Assembly (NCBI RefSeq): GCF_001194135.2
Contig: NC_068993.1
Location: 56,005,927-56,069,926, forward strand
Origin: Octopus bimaculoides
Taxonomy: Eukaryota
Direction: 5' to 3'
DNA: 64,000 bases
The notes below the pieces were generated by a model. That model was not told the DNA's origin. It saw only the letters and a list, made by a program, of their open reading frames with translations, and did no database searches. Shown here in pieces: positions 1 to 11,423 of the stretch. Within the stretch, counting starts at the first letter, position 1; the number at the start of each line of letters is the position of its first letter. The translations under genes were made by a program, and so were the position numbers.

Positions 1-140
1 AGTATGTATGTATGTATGCATGTATGTACGTACCTCTCTCTCTCTCTTTATATATATAGCCACATATTTATGTTTATATGTATGTATATATATGTATATA
101 TACTTAGGTGTGTGTGAGTGTGTGTGTGTGCGTGCGTACA
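1..140. repeat. Compound microsatellite (TATG)n/(TC)n/(TA)n/(TG)n
   Basis: Directly visible short tandem units. Confidence 0.9.
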
Positions 141-774
141 TGTATGTATGTAGGTTACATGGTCGGGCCGTCGGCAACTAAACCGGTAACCCTACCAAGC
201 CTGCTTGATAAGGAGGGTGGTTTTCGTTGAACACCCTGAAGGATGAAAAACACAACTTGTTAAAAGGCGGACGAACTCAGTGGAGTCAACGACCGTCTGA
301 TAGTTAGGAGTGAGAGATTCTAGTCTTAGTTTAAACATCTGTCCGTTTGTATCCAATGATATTGATAGGTTATTTTTGAGCTAATGGGAATGTCCCTGTG
401 CAAGGCCATTCCCCACTTTAAGCAGCTTCAGGCATAAGCACGGCTTTATTAATTTTTTTTTTAACATCTCTATTACGTATTACTTGTTATGGCTAATCGT
501 GACCGAGAAAGGCAAAACATCCAATGAAAAGTCACTGAAGGACAGGAGGCAGGTGTCAGCATATGTGGTAAATACTCCGAACACTTGTAGCAGGAAGTCC
601 TCCTCGTTGCCACTTCTATGCAAAAAAATTTAGGTCCTTTGCGGGATTGAAAAGCAGCATCCGTACTCGAAATTGTGTAGAAGCTGCAACTAAGAAATGC
701 TCGGAATGAGTCTGAGACGAACGATAATTGAAGAGGTAAACTCAGAAACAAAGTTTAGGTCAATCAGCGAATTT

Positions 775-1345
775 CCAAACGGAAAACACATAGACGTATG
801 ATTTTCGACTGCATTTAGCTTCTGGAACGTCCCTTTTTAGTGACCAACAATAATCAGCCAACATAGAAGAGCTCCACTTTCCTTGGTATCGAGTTTCCAT
901 GCTCAGCTTGTCCTGCTGACATCTCTTGCCGTGTTTGTCATTGACAGCCACAAAATTTTCAGGCAAAAAGTCCGAGTGAGGATTCAAGAAGTGGATTTTA
1001 GGCTCATATTGCATCCCAAGGCGTTGTATGATGTCAGTAGCTCTTTCACAATATTAGAATAGTTCTCTGCTCCATGATTCCCCACAAACTCCCTGTAAAT
1101 GTTCTTAAATAACAACCACGCAGCTTTTTCAACATCATTGAGCTCTTCATCACACTCTTGGTCTCTCATCAGCTCCCTAATCTGTGGCCCAACAAAAATA
1201 CTCTCTTTGATTTTTGCGTCACTTACACTTGAAAATTTAGTCTTCAAATACATAGATCCCTTGCCAGTTCTATCCATACCTTTGAGGAAATTCTTCATCA
1301 ACCGTAGCTTAATATGCAAAGGAGGCATATTTGCTTTTATATAAT
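775..1345 (-). mobile_element. Degenerate DNA-transposon transposase, C-terminal part (Chapaev3/CMC-like)
   Basis: ORFs 984-1403(-) and 760-1014(-) join across a frameshift: PPLHIKLRLMKNFLK...IFVGPQIRELM...GNHGAENY...LGCNMSLKIHFLNPHSDFLPENFVAVNDKHGKRCQQD...RYQGKWSSSMLADYCWSLKRD. This matches the LHIKLG...SDEHGERFHQD...MLADYCW motif series I associate with Chapaev3-type transposases; the superfamily name is from recall. Confidence 0.75.
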
Positions 1346-3071
1346 GCTCCCCACCTCCGCCATTTATATACACATACACATACACACAAACACGCAAACA
1401 CATCCAGGTTTTTATATCTTTCTTTCATGTAGTAAAAGATAATTTCATGTATTTCCTGTAATTTAGTTCCTTTCATAGAGTTTAAAAATCAAACAAATTA
1501 TAACACAATTAATCTATTCTTTTATTCAATAACCTATTAAGGTTGCATTTGCGTGTCAGAAATTCTCTGTAGCCAATCAGTGCAGTTATTAAGTGTCATT
1601 TTAAATTTAACATTGCATTAATATAATTATATCAGTTCATTTCAAAACAATAATAATGGAGGAGCATTTAGAGAGATCAGACAGATCGATGGTGAAACTC
1701 AGAGGATAACAAAACTTGGTAACAGACGATGTATTTCAATAAAGTGTTTAATTCTTTGGTTTAAAATAATGTCACTTATAAAAACAAAAGAACTCGCATT
1801 TGTTTACCTGTTCTCAAAATTCGGGCGCCTCATCCGTATGCTAATTGTTTTCATTTCTTTTTTATTTGAGATCTATTTCTTCCTTTTTCTTTTTTTTCTT
1901 TTTCGTTTGAGACCGCCTCTGTCTATACACCTGGCTCCATGTTGTGAATAAATTTGTGCTTAAATGAGGCTAAACTCCCTTTGTTCAGTCTTATTCAATA
2001 TAAGTATATATATATATATATATATATATATNNNNNNNNNNNNNNNNNNNNNNNNNNNNNNNNNNNNNNNNNNNNNNNNNNNNNNNNNNNNNNNNNNNNN
2101 NNNNNNNNNNNNNNNNNNNNNNNNNNNNNNNNNNNNNNNNNNNNNNNNNNNNNNNNNNNNNNNNNNNNNNNNNNNNNNNNNNNNNNNNNNNNNNNNNNNN
2201 NNNNNNNNNNNNNNNNNNNNNNNNNNNNNNNNNNNNNNNNNNNNNNNNNNNNNNNNNNNNNNNNNNNNNNNNNNNNNNNNNNNNNNNNNNNNNNNNNNNN
2301 NNNNNNNNNNNNNNNNNNNNNNNNNNNNNNNNNNNNNNNNNNNNNNNNNNNNNNNNNNNNNNNNNNNNNNNNNNNNNNNNNNNNNNNNNNNNNNNNNNNN
2401 NNNNNNNNNNNNNNNNNNNNNNNNNNNNNNNNNNNNNNNNNNNNNNNNNNNNNNNNNNNNNNNNNNNNNNNNNNNNNNNNNNNNNNNNNNNNNNNNNNNN
2501 NNNNNNNNNNNNNNNNNNNNNNNNNNNNNNNNNNNNNNNNNNNNNNNNNNNNNNNNNNNNNNNNNNNNNNNNNNNNNNNNNNNNNNNNNNNNNNNNNNNN
2601 NNNNNNNNNNNNNNNNNNNNNNNNNNNNNNNNNNNNNNNNNNNNNNNNNNNNNNNNNNNNNNNNNNNNNNNNNNNNNNNNNNNNNNNNNNNNNNNNNNNN
2701 NNNNNNNNNNNNNNNNNNNNNNNNNNNNNNNNNNNNNNNNNNNNNNNNNNNNNNNNNNNNNNNNNNNNNNNNNNNNNNNNNNNNNNNNNNNNNNNNNNNN
2801 NNNNNNNNNNNNNNNNNNNNNNNNNNNNNNNNNNNNNNNNNNNNAAATGTGAAAATGAGTCTGTCTAACACAAACTATTAACAGAGGAGAAACTGTAAAA
2901 TTATACGAGTGTTTAGTACGTAACTCGACACTGCTGTTATTATTATCTAAATTCCAGCAATGATGCACCGTTCTTTTGTTAAGAAACATCTGTTTCATTA
3001 AAGAAAGAATTCGATTCATTAAAAAAAGACGAAAGACACAACACATACAAATAAACACATAGAAATATATA

Positions 3072-3305
3072 AGGCGGCGAACTGACAGAAACGTTAGCAC
3101 GCCGGGCGAAATGCCTAGCGGTATTTCGTCTGCCGCTACGTTCTGAGTTCAAATTCCGCCGAGGTCGACTTTGCCTTTCATCCTTTCGGGGTCGATAAAT
3201 TAAGTACCAGTTATGCACTGGGGTCGATGTAATCGAATTAATCCATTTGTCTGTCCTTGTTTGTCCCCACTATGTTTGGCCGCTTGTGGGCAATAAAGAA
3301 ATAAT
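3072..3305 (+). mobile_element. tRNA-derived SINE, family A (near full length)
   Basis: Box-A-like head, box B GAGTTCAAATTCC, central gcctttcatcctttcggggtcgataaattaagtaccag, A-rich tail; candidate 9-bp TSD aaatatata at 3063-3071 and 3306-3314; many homologues in the window. Confidence 0.9.
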
Positions 3306-3348
3306 AAATATATATTGACACAGATAATCTTCTATACATAAATACATA

Positions 3349-3731
3349 CGAGGGGTGTATGAAAAGTTGTGAGCCTAACCTAGGAACGGAGCTGCTAGGT
3401 AGCTGAAACAATTTTTTTCTGGTAAGTACAGGCATTTCGGGAGTATTCTTGCTCATTTTCATGATTCTGATATTTTAATTTTTTTTGCTGCAGATTTTTG
3501 AATAAACAAGTGTCGAGGTTACAAGGAAAATGGAGAAAACTGAGTATCGTGCTGTCATAAAGTAGCTTCATTTGAAAGGCATGACTCCATCAGAAATCCA
3601 TGAAGATATGGTGAGAACCTTAACAGGCAATGCTCCTTCATATGCAACAGTCAAACGCTGGGTAAATGAATTCCAGCGTGGCAGGGAGAGTGTGGAAGAT
3701 GATCCCTCACCAGGGAGACCTCCAACTGCAA
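3349..3731 (+). mobile_element. Mariner left end plus N-terminal HTH of transposase (pseudogenised)
   Basis: TA|cgaggggtgtatgaaaagtt TIR-like start; ATG at 3530 gives MEKTEYRAVIK*LHLKGMTPSEIHEDMVRTLTGNAPSYATVKRWVNEFQRGRESVEDDPSPGRPPTA; truncated where a SINE begins. Confidence 0.9.
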
Positions 3732-3902
3732 GGGGATAAGTCGATAACATCGACCCCAGTACTCAACTGGTACTTATTTTATCGTTACCGAAAAGGTGAA
3801 AAGCAAAGTCAATTTCGACGGAATTTGAACTCAGAATGTAAAGACGGACAAAATACTGCTAAGCACTTTGTCCGGCGTGCTAAACAATTCTGCCTGTTCA
3901 AA
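3732..3902 (-). mobile_element. SINE family A
   Basis: Reverse-complement homology to 3072-3305 (ggaatttgaactcagaa; ctggtacttattttatcg). Confidence 0.85.
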
Positions 3903-3944
3903 TCCTTTTTATTATAGGCACACGTTTTAAGGCACGTTGAAAGT

Positions 3945-4110
3945 TTTAAGGGGTGGGCTAACCGATTGCATCATCTTCAATCCTCAACCAGCACTAATCT
4001 TATCTATCCTAAAAGGATTGAAAGGCAAAGTCGGACCCGGCGACATTTGAACTCAGAACGAAGGACGAACGAAGTGCTGCTAAATAACGATTGTTGCTTG
4101 TTCGACGCCT
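3945..4110 (-). mobile_element. SINE family A, degenerate
   Basis: ttgaaaggcaaagtcggacccggcgacatttgaactcagaacg is a diverged reverse complement of the family A head and core. Confidence 0.7.
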
Positions 4111-4375
4111 TAACTTGGTAGAATATTGCATGTATAAACTATTTTTAAAGATAGAAAGGAACAGAAGGGGAAAACTTAGAAAGAGAAAAATGAGAAGGGG
4201 AAGTCAATGAAATAATGAATAAGACTTTTAAATGTCTAAAAATTGATACGGACTGAAAAAATCTTGAATGATAAAAGACCCAGTTTGCGAGGATGGCGTA
4301 TTTGGCATGTTTACAGTAGAACTATAACTGTTATTTTAGATGGATAATCATACTCTTTGAATACATTTACTTTGC

Positions 4376-4377
<2 letters not shown>

Positions 4378-4443
<66 letters not shown>
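4378..4443. repeat. (CA)n microsatellite
   Basis: About 33 perfect units. Confidence 0.98.
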
Positions 4444-4447
<4 letters not shown>

Positions 4448-4717
4448 ATACTTGAAACGTATAGATGTGACGTATCCCTAAACTGTTACGAAAATCTTTA
4501 CGTAGAGTGATGAAATGCTTATAGTTTCCGACCAAGCAGATTATTCTCAAAAACTCTGGTTTCTTAAATTACTAAAGTTTACGAAAAATTTATGCCTTGC
4601 GGAATTTTTTTTGTACCAGCAGTAAGAGTTCAAAAGGAAAGAACATTGCAAAATGTCGTTAACTTTGAATTTTGAAATGCTAGACAAAAACATAAAAAGT
4701 CGCATTAGGAGGTTTAT

Positions 4718-4880
4718 GTGGCGTGGCTGTGTGGTAAGAGGTTTGCTTCCCAACTACACAGATCCGATTTCAGTCCTACTGTGTGGGACCTTGGGAAGTG
4801 TTTTGTACAATACTCGGGCCTACCAAAGCCTTATGACAGGATTTAGTAGATGGAAACTGAAAGAATCCTGTCGTATAATT
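4718..4880 (+). mobile_element. tRNA-derived SINE, family B (CORE-like)
   Basis: tggctgtgtggtaag head, ccttgggaagtg CORE-like block, gatggaaactgaaagaatcctgtcgtata 3' part; followed by (TATC)n. Confidence 0.85.
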
Positions 4881-4976
4881 ACCTATCTTTCTATCTATCT
4901 ATCTATCTATCTAAATTAACAGAATGAGATAAAAATCCTAGGCTGTGAAAGATTTAAGAACATTTATAAATAGAAG

Positions 4977-5024
4977 GTCTTACAGCTGTTTCCGGGATAT
5001 TTTATATATCCCTTCATCGGAGAC
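4977..5024 (-). ncRNA. Minimal type I hammerhead ribozyme motif (Penelope/retrozyme type), one core substitution
   Basis: Minus strand reads gtct-CCGATGA-a-gggatat-ataaa-atatccc-g-GAAA-cagctg-TA-agac: 4-bp helix I, perfect 7-bp helix II, palindromic helix III, GUA cleavage triplet; U4 appears as C. Confidence 0.75.
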
Positions 5025-5264
5025 GGTGTGAGAAAATGGTTAAGCAATAGTTATTCTAGATATGAAATAGAGAGTGAAGTGGAGGAATGAAAATAGAGGT
5101 AAGACATGCAGGATATTGTATCTGTAGTTCCGTTATTTAGGCACAATGGTATATATGTAAGATTCCTGTACCTTGTAAGTTCCAATAGTATTTAAAATTG
5201 GTCATTCCAAGCATTGAGTTTATAAAAAAAAGCTCTTGATTCAATAACACCGTTTACATCGTTT

Positions 5265-5505
5265 CCCATTCAAACTGTTCCAGCTTTTGAAAGAACCCAT
5301 TTCTCGTCACCAGTCACTATTCGGTCTAAAAAAGGTTCATTCGTGAGACGTGCCAGCAAAGAAGAGCACGCATTCGCACTCTGCGAGCAATTAGACTCGG
5401 AAAGTTTGTGAGGAACCCATTGACCCAATTTTTATGACTTTCCCAATGGCACGTAGGTGTCGATGTATTGTTGAATGACCAAATCCAAGCTTCTCTGCTT
5501 GGAAT
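5265..5505 (-). mobile_element. Mariner transposase fragment
   Basis: Minus strand KLGQWVPHKLSESN...SSLLARLTNEPFLDRIVTGDEKWVL contains the WVPHEL-like linker and the first catalytic Asp (TGDEKW). Confidence 0.9.
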
Positions 5506-5554
5506 TACATATATATGAGTGGGAGATCACCAAAATCTTTTAAGTGTATAAGGG

Positions 5555-6151
5555 CCTGTACGGATCTTAATCTGTCATAGGTCTGTTTCATACAACTAGA
5601 AATCAAGAGAGCTTATTTATTAGAGAGAAGAAGGTTTGAAAATATTTTATATGATTCTATAATGCATAACAAACCGGGCTTTTTGGATTATTTGCATGTC
5701 TGGCAAGGCAAATTAATTTCAACTAAATTTCAAAAGTATAATTTATGAATTTGCCAAATTCAAGCAAAAACAAAGACGTTGTGAGTAGCAACATTTAGAA
5801 AAATTCGATCGGATTCAGTCCAGTGTATGTATTTTTCTTTTTTTTTTCCGTACTGCAGCAAAGAGATATTCATTAACGTGTGAGCTATTACAAAATTTAG
5901 ACGATCGGATTATAGAGAAATCATATAAACTTGAATTATGTCAATATTGAAGAATTATTATCTAAAATTAGGTGTGGTTGAAAAGAAGGCTTTTATGTAA
6001 AAGTTGGTCATTTTCCCATTTCATAGTTAACCTCGACAGACTTCAGCCATGTCCCTGTTGTATTCTTCGGGTATTCTTTTGTTTGTAAAATCGTTTCATC
6101 TGATGAATACGGTTTTTTAATAATGGAGTATATTCTCATTTTTTATTAACA
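5555..6151. repeat. Copy 1 of a ~590-bp direct duplication (partner 8812-9390)
   Basis: Colinear alignment by eye from ctgtacggatcttaatctgtcatagg to ttctcattttttattaaca, with scattered substitutions and indels. Confidence 0.95.
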
Positions 6152-6442
6152 AATGCATAAGAAATAGCTGTAATGAGCTGTTATTATTCATTTGATTATA
6201 ATACACCAAGGGGATTTACAACTTGTCGGACACCCTAGAGTATATCAACAATGTACAATTCAACGTAACGCGTGCTTTGAACAAGTCCTAGGCACTAAAT
6301 ATTCATAGGGTTAGTTTTCTCTGTGTACACAACCGGAATATCCTATTTGGTTCTTACCAACAATAGGCCGGAACCATAAGTTTATTCAACCCTACCAGGT
6401 GCATATCTTTTCAAGTACCTGATTCTACCTGAATCCTTATTT

Positions 6443-6479
<37 letters not shown>

Positions 6480-6702
6480 TTATAGACAGGTGTTCTCTAT
6501 ACAGAATACACTTCGAAGTGCTCAAGAGGTTTGAACTTGAGTCAGTAGATGAGTAAACGTAATGAGAAGCAAGTTAGGCAAGTCGGTTTACACAGAATAT
6601 TAAATATATTTAATTAAAAAAATGCACATGTGTATGGATATAAATTAGTCCGAGTTACAGAATATGAATTATATCAAGAGTTAAATAGGTAGAGTTTTAC
6701 AA

Positions 6703-6785
6703 GTCCAACAGCTGTTTCTGGCGGCTTGGTGGTCCGGAATAATGATAGTTACTTGGATCCAACACCGCTTCCGTCTTCAGGGGAG
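6703..6785 (-). ncRNA. Hammerhead-like motif with extended helix II (degenerate)
   Basis: Minus strand ccc-CTGAAGA-[~55 nt with gcgg/ccgc, ttgg/ccaa and tcc/gga pairings]-GAAA-cagctg-TT-gg; helix I only about 2 bp. Confidence 0.5.
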
Positions 6786-8778
6786 AATTTTACATTTGAA
6801 GTGTTGACAGGTTGGAGTTTAAATGCATAATATAACGTACGTTATATTATGCATATTATGCACACATACAAAATATGGAAATACATACACATATAACCAG
6901 ATGCTTTAACAAAACAGAAAAATTATATAAGAACGTGCTTACAAAATATATACATAAAGGCAATAACGCAAAACACTCTCTCACACACACATATACACAA
7001 AATATTTATGTATATAGAAACGTACAAATAAACCGAGACTTACAGAAACTCACGCACATGCACACGCACAAGCATGCAAACATACAAATATAGAAGTAAC
7101 TCACTTAGATGCACTCCCACTGTATACGTTTCCCTGAAACATATACGAACATACATATATACTCTTACGTAAATATTTAAAAAAAGAACAAAACACGATA
7201 GTGACGTCGATTGCAGTGTTAAGTGTCATTTGATCTCAGTTTCATTGCTACGCCCTCTGGTGGGAGATTTGTTGTGTTTAAGGTGAATCATAATCAACGC
7301 TGTTGATAGTGGTGGGCAAATGCATACTGGAACTAACACATACATACATACATACATACATACAGATATATATAGCATACATGCATACATATATATTTAT
7401 ATGTATGCATGTATACATACACTGTACATATATATATATGTGTGTATATATAAAACAATTATGTTTGCGTACACACATATGTACATATGCATATGCAGAT
7501 TTGTAGGTACCAAGTACTTCAATGTTTTCGCACTCCCCTCCATAGATTGTCATATATATATATATATATATANNNNNNNNNNNNNNNNNNNNNNNNNNNN
7601 NNNNNNNNNNNNNNNNNNNNNNNNNNNNNNNNNNNNNNNNNNNNNNNNNNNNNNNNNNNNNNNNNNNNNNNNNNNNNNNNNNNNNNNNNNNNNNNNNNNN
7701 NNNNNNNNNNNNNNNNNNNNNNNNNNNNNNNNNNNNNNNNNNNNNNNNNNNNNNNNNNNNNNNNNNNNNNNNNNNNNNNNNNNNNNNNNNNNNNNNNNNN
7801 NNNNNNNNNNNNNNNNNNNNNNNNNNNNNNNNNNNNNNNNNNNNNNNNNNNNNNNNNNNNNNNNNNNNNNNNNNNNNNNNNNNNNNNNNNNNNNNNNNNN
7901 NNNNNNNNNNNNNNNNNNNNNNNNNNNNNNNNNNNNNNNNNNNNNNNNNNNNNNNNNNNNNNNNNNNNNNNNNNNNNNNNNNNNNNNNNNNNNNNNNNNN
8001 NNNNNNNNNNNNNNNNNNNNNNNNNNNNNNNNNNNNNNNNNNNNNNNNNNNNNNNNNNNNNNNNNNNNNNNNNNNNNNNNNNNNNNNNNNNNNNNNNNNN
8101 NNNNNNNNNNNNNNNNNNNNNNNNNNNNNNNNNNNNNNNNNNNNNNNNNNNNNNNNNNNNNNNNNNNNNNNNNNNNNNNNNNNNNNNNNNNNNNNNNNNN
8201 NNNNNNNNNNNNNNNNNNNNNNNNNNNNNNNNNNNNNNNNNNNNNNNNNNNNNNNNNNNNNNNNNNNNNNNNNNNNNNNNNNNNNNNNNNNNNNNNNNNN
8301 NNNNNNNNNNNNNNNNNNNNNNNNNNNNNNNNNNNNNNNNNNNNNNNNNNNNNNNNNNNNNNNNNNNNNNNNNNNNNNNNNNNNNNNNNNNNNNNNNNNN
8401 NNNNNNNNNNNNNNNNNNNNNNNNNNNNNNNNNNNNNNNNNNNNNNNNNNNNNNNNNNNNNNNNNNNNNNNNNNNNNNNNNNNNNNNNNNNNNNNNNNNN
8501 NNNNNNATATATATATATATATATATACGTACACACATATATAGACACTCATTTGTGTGTATACATATATTTGTATATTATAATCATATAAGAAACACAC
8601 TTACACACACATATATATGTACATCTGCATGTATATCTAATTGTATATGTATGTGCGTGCGTGTGTGTGTGTGTATATGTATGATACAGTATTCTTGTAG
8701 AAAGTTCCTTTTGTTGTCAGTATATATACTACTTAAGATTCTTCACGCTACACACTTACAGCCTACAGGCAGAATAGC

Positions 8779-8811
<33 letters not shown>

Positions 8812-8816
<5 letters not shown>

Positions 8817-9390
8817 CGGATCTTAATCTGTCATAGGTCTGTTTCATACAACTAGAAATCAAGAGAGCTTGTTTATTAGGAAGAAGGTTTGAAAATATTT
8901 TATAAGATTCTACAATGCATAACAAACCGGGTTTTTTGGACTGTGTGCATGTCTGGCAAGGCAAATGAATTTTAACAAAAATTTCAAGAATATGCATTTA
9001 TGGATTTGCCAAATTCAAGCAAAAACAAAGATGTTGTGAGTAGCAGCACTTAGAAGAAGAATTCGACCGGTTTCAGTCCAGTGTATGTATTTGTTTCTTC
9101 CGTAACGCGACAAATGGATATTTATTAAAGTGTGTAGACGATCGGATTATAGAGAAATCATATAAACTTGAATTATGTCAATATTAAAGAATGACTATCT
9201 AATATTAGGTGTGGTTGAAAAGAAGGCTGTTATGTAAAAGTCGGTCATTCTCCCATTTCATGGTTAGTCTCGACAGACTTCAGCCATGTCCCTGTTGTAT
9301 TCTTCGGGTATTCCTTTATTTGTAAAATTATGTTTCATCTGATGAATACGGTTTTTTGTAATGGAGTAATGTTCTCATTTTTTATTAACA
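8812..9390. repeat. Copy 2 of the ~590-bp direct duplication
   Basis: See 5555-6151. Confidence 0.95.
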
Positions 9391-9479
9391 TGATTTTATT
9401 GGCTTTTAACGGTTTTCTAGTGATTTTACGATTCCAATATTTGTGGCGGACAGACGTAAAGTCGAGTAAAATGACTTAA

Positions 9480-9574
9480 CTTGATTTTTATTTTTCCATA
9501 TATTATTTTTGAAAAACCGACGTATAATCGAGAACGACTTAAATCGAAACGACATAAGCCGAGGTATGTCTGTA
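9480..9574. mobile_element. pogo/Tigger-like terminal inverted repeat (single end)
   Basis: Reverse complement TA|cagacatacctcggcttatgtcg resembles Tigger-type termini (CAGGCATACCTCG); no partner end found. Confidence 0.55.
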
Positions 9575-10217
9575 TATTTATTCAAGGAGAATAAAATTGT
9601 ACGTTTATTAAGGAAGTATTCCTTACACTTCAATACACACACACACATTGAAGTGAAAGTACTTACACAATATATATTACATATATATATACATACACAC
9701 ATACATAAACACACGGATACATGTATACATACACACGCACGCACATAGACAGTTCTGTGTACTTTTGAAGTGCATTTGTATCACTTTAGAAGTCTATTGA
9801 GCATGAAATATCCGTAGAGATAGAACTGTGGTTGTAGTTGTAATTCTTGCTGCTAACTTAAGTATCTGATATAATTAAAAATAAATAATTCAAATCTTTC
9901 TAATTACTTGGTATACCTTGTTGGTGTTGTTGCTGTTATTGTTGTATTCGTATCCTTGTAGGAAACAGTCTTAACTTGATAATTATAGTTGTTGTTGTTT
10001 GCTGTGAACGGTCATGTTTCATATTTCCTTCTAAGATTACTTCATGAAAAAAAAAAAAAAAATTGCAGGTTATTTTTACCAATAAAATTCTTCGGAACAT
10101 CTAAATGTTTGCCTCATTACTCTAGGACAGAAGGGAAAGTTCGCTATTAGATATTTTGAACATTTTCATTGCATACACAATTTTGTAAATGCCAATTTTG
10201 ATTTATTCATTTATTTC

Positions 10218-10383
10218 AAATTTTGGCACAAGGCCAGAAATTTTGGGGGAGGGGTACTTATTTTACCGATCCCAAAAGAATGAAAAGTAAAGTCGACCTC
10301 GGCGGAATTTGAACTCAGAATGGACGAAATATCGCTAAGAATTTCGTCTGGTACGTTAACGATTCTGCCAGCTCGCTGCCTTA
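10218..10383 (-). mobile_element. SINE family A
   Basis: aaagtcgacctcggcggaatttgaactcagaa...ttctgccagctcgc. Confidence 0.9.
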
Positions 10384-10858
10384 TCTTATTTTATNNNNNN
10401 NNNNNNNNNNNNNNNNNNNNNNNNNNNNNNNNNNNNNNNNNNNNNNNNNNNNNNNNNNNNNNNNNNNNNNNNNNNNNNNNNNNNNNNNNNNNNNNNNNNN
10501 NNNNNNNNNNNNNNNNNNNNNNNNNNNNNNNNNNNNNNNNNNNNNNNNNNNNNNNNNNNNNNNNNNNNNNNNNNNNNNNNNNNNNNNNNNNNNNNNNNNN
10601 NNNNNNNNNNNNNNNNNNNNNNNNNNNNNNNNNNNNNNNNNNNNNNNNNNNNNNNNNNNNNNNNNNNNNNNNNNNNNNNNNNNNNNNNNNNNNNNNNNNN
10701 NNNNNNNNNNNNNNNNNNNNNNNNNNNNNNNNNNNNNNNNNNNNNNNNNNNNNNNNNNNNNNNNNNNNNNNNNNNNNNNNNNNNNNNNNNNNNNNNNNNN
10801 NNNNNNNNNNNNNNNNNNNNNNNNNNNNNNNNNNNNNNNNNNNNNNNNNNNNNNNNNN

Positions 10859-10915
10859 CCGTCGCCACCACCACCACCACCACCACCACCATTATCATCA
10901 TCATCATCATCATCA
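10859..10915. repeat. (CAC)n/(CAT)n microsatellite
   Basis: Directly visible. Confidence 0.95.
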
Positions 10916-11344
10916 ACTCCTCCACTTCTTTCTACCTTCCTTCTCCTTCTTCTTCCACCCTTCTTCGCACCTGATCTCCATTTCACCTAAATCTCCGGTT
11001 CCACCACTTACCACCGGTTTGTATACATTCCGATACCATTCCACCCAGCCACCACCCGTATCATTACATTTCTGCTCTCTTACTCAAAATCAACATTCTT
11101 GTGTTCTTCACTTACATCAATTAAATATAAAAAAAGTAACTTCTGCTATTGTTGTTGTTGTTGTTGTTGCAGCTGTTGTGCATTGTTGCGAACACAGTAA
11201 AATCCAGCCGCGGGTATTTGAAGTAGCCATTGTTTATCGGTTTCATACGTCATTGTTCCCCACCCCTCAACACCCACAACCGACAATAACCCATTTCATT
11301 AACAGAATACCAGGTTTCCACTGAATTCCAAGAAACACAAGTAC

Positions 11345-11358
11345 ACATTTACACACAC

Positions 11359-11423
<65 letters not shown>

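Noticed and set aside
590-630. HDV-like ribozyme suggested by gtcctcctcgt
   Set aside because: Resembles L3 only; I could not build the P1/P2 nested pseudoknot.
5880-5950. Polinton/adintovirus pPolB exonuclease similarity (HNSSLYDFSII vs HNLSGYDSHFII)
   Set aside because: One short motif only; downstream motifs are not convincing without a profile search.
5556-9390. LTR retrotransposon bounded by the two TG...CA direct repeats
   Set aside because: No primer-binding site, no polypurine tract, no matching TSD (gggcc vs tgatt) and no gag/pol remnant between them; kept only as an unexplained duplication.
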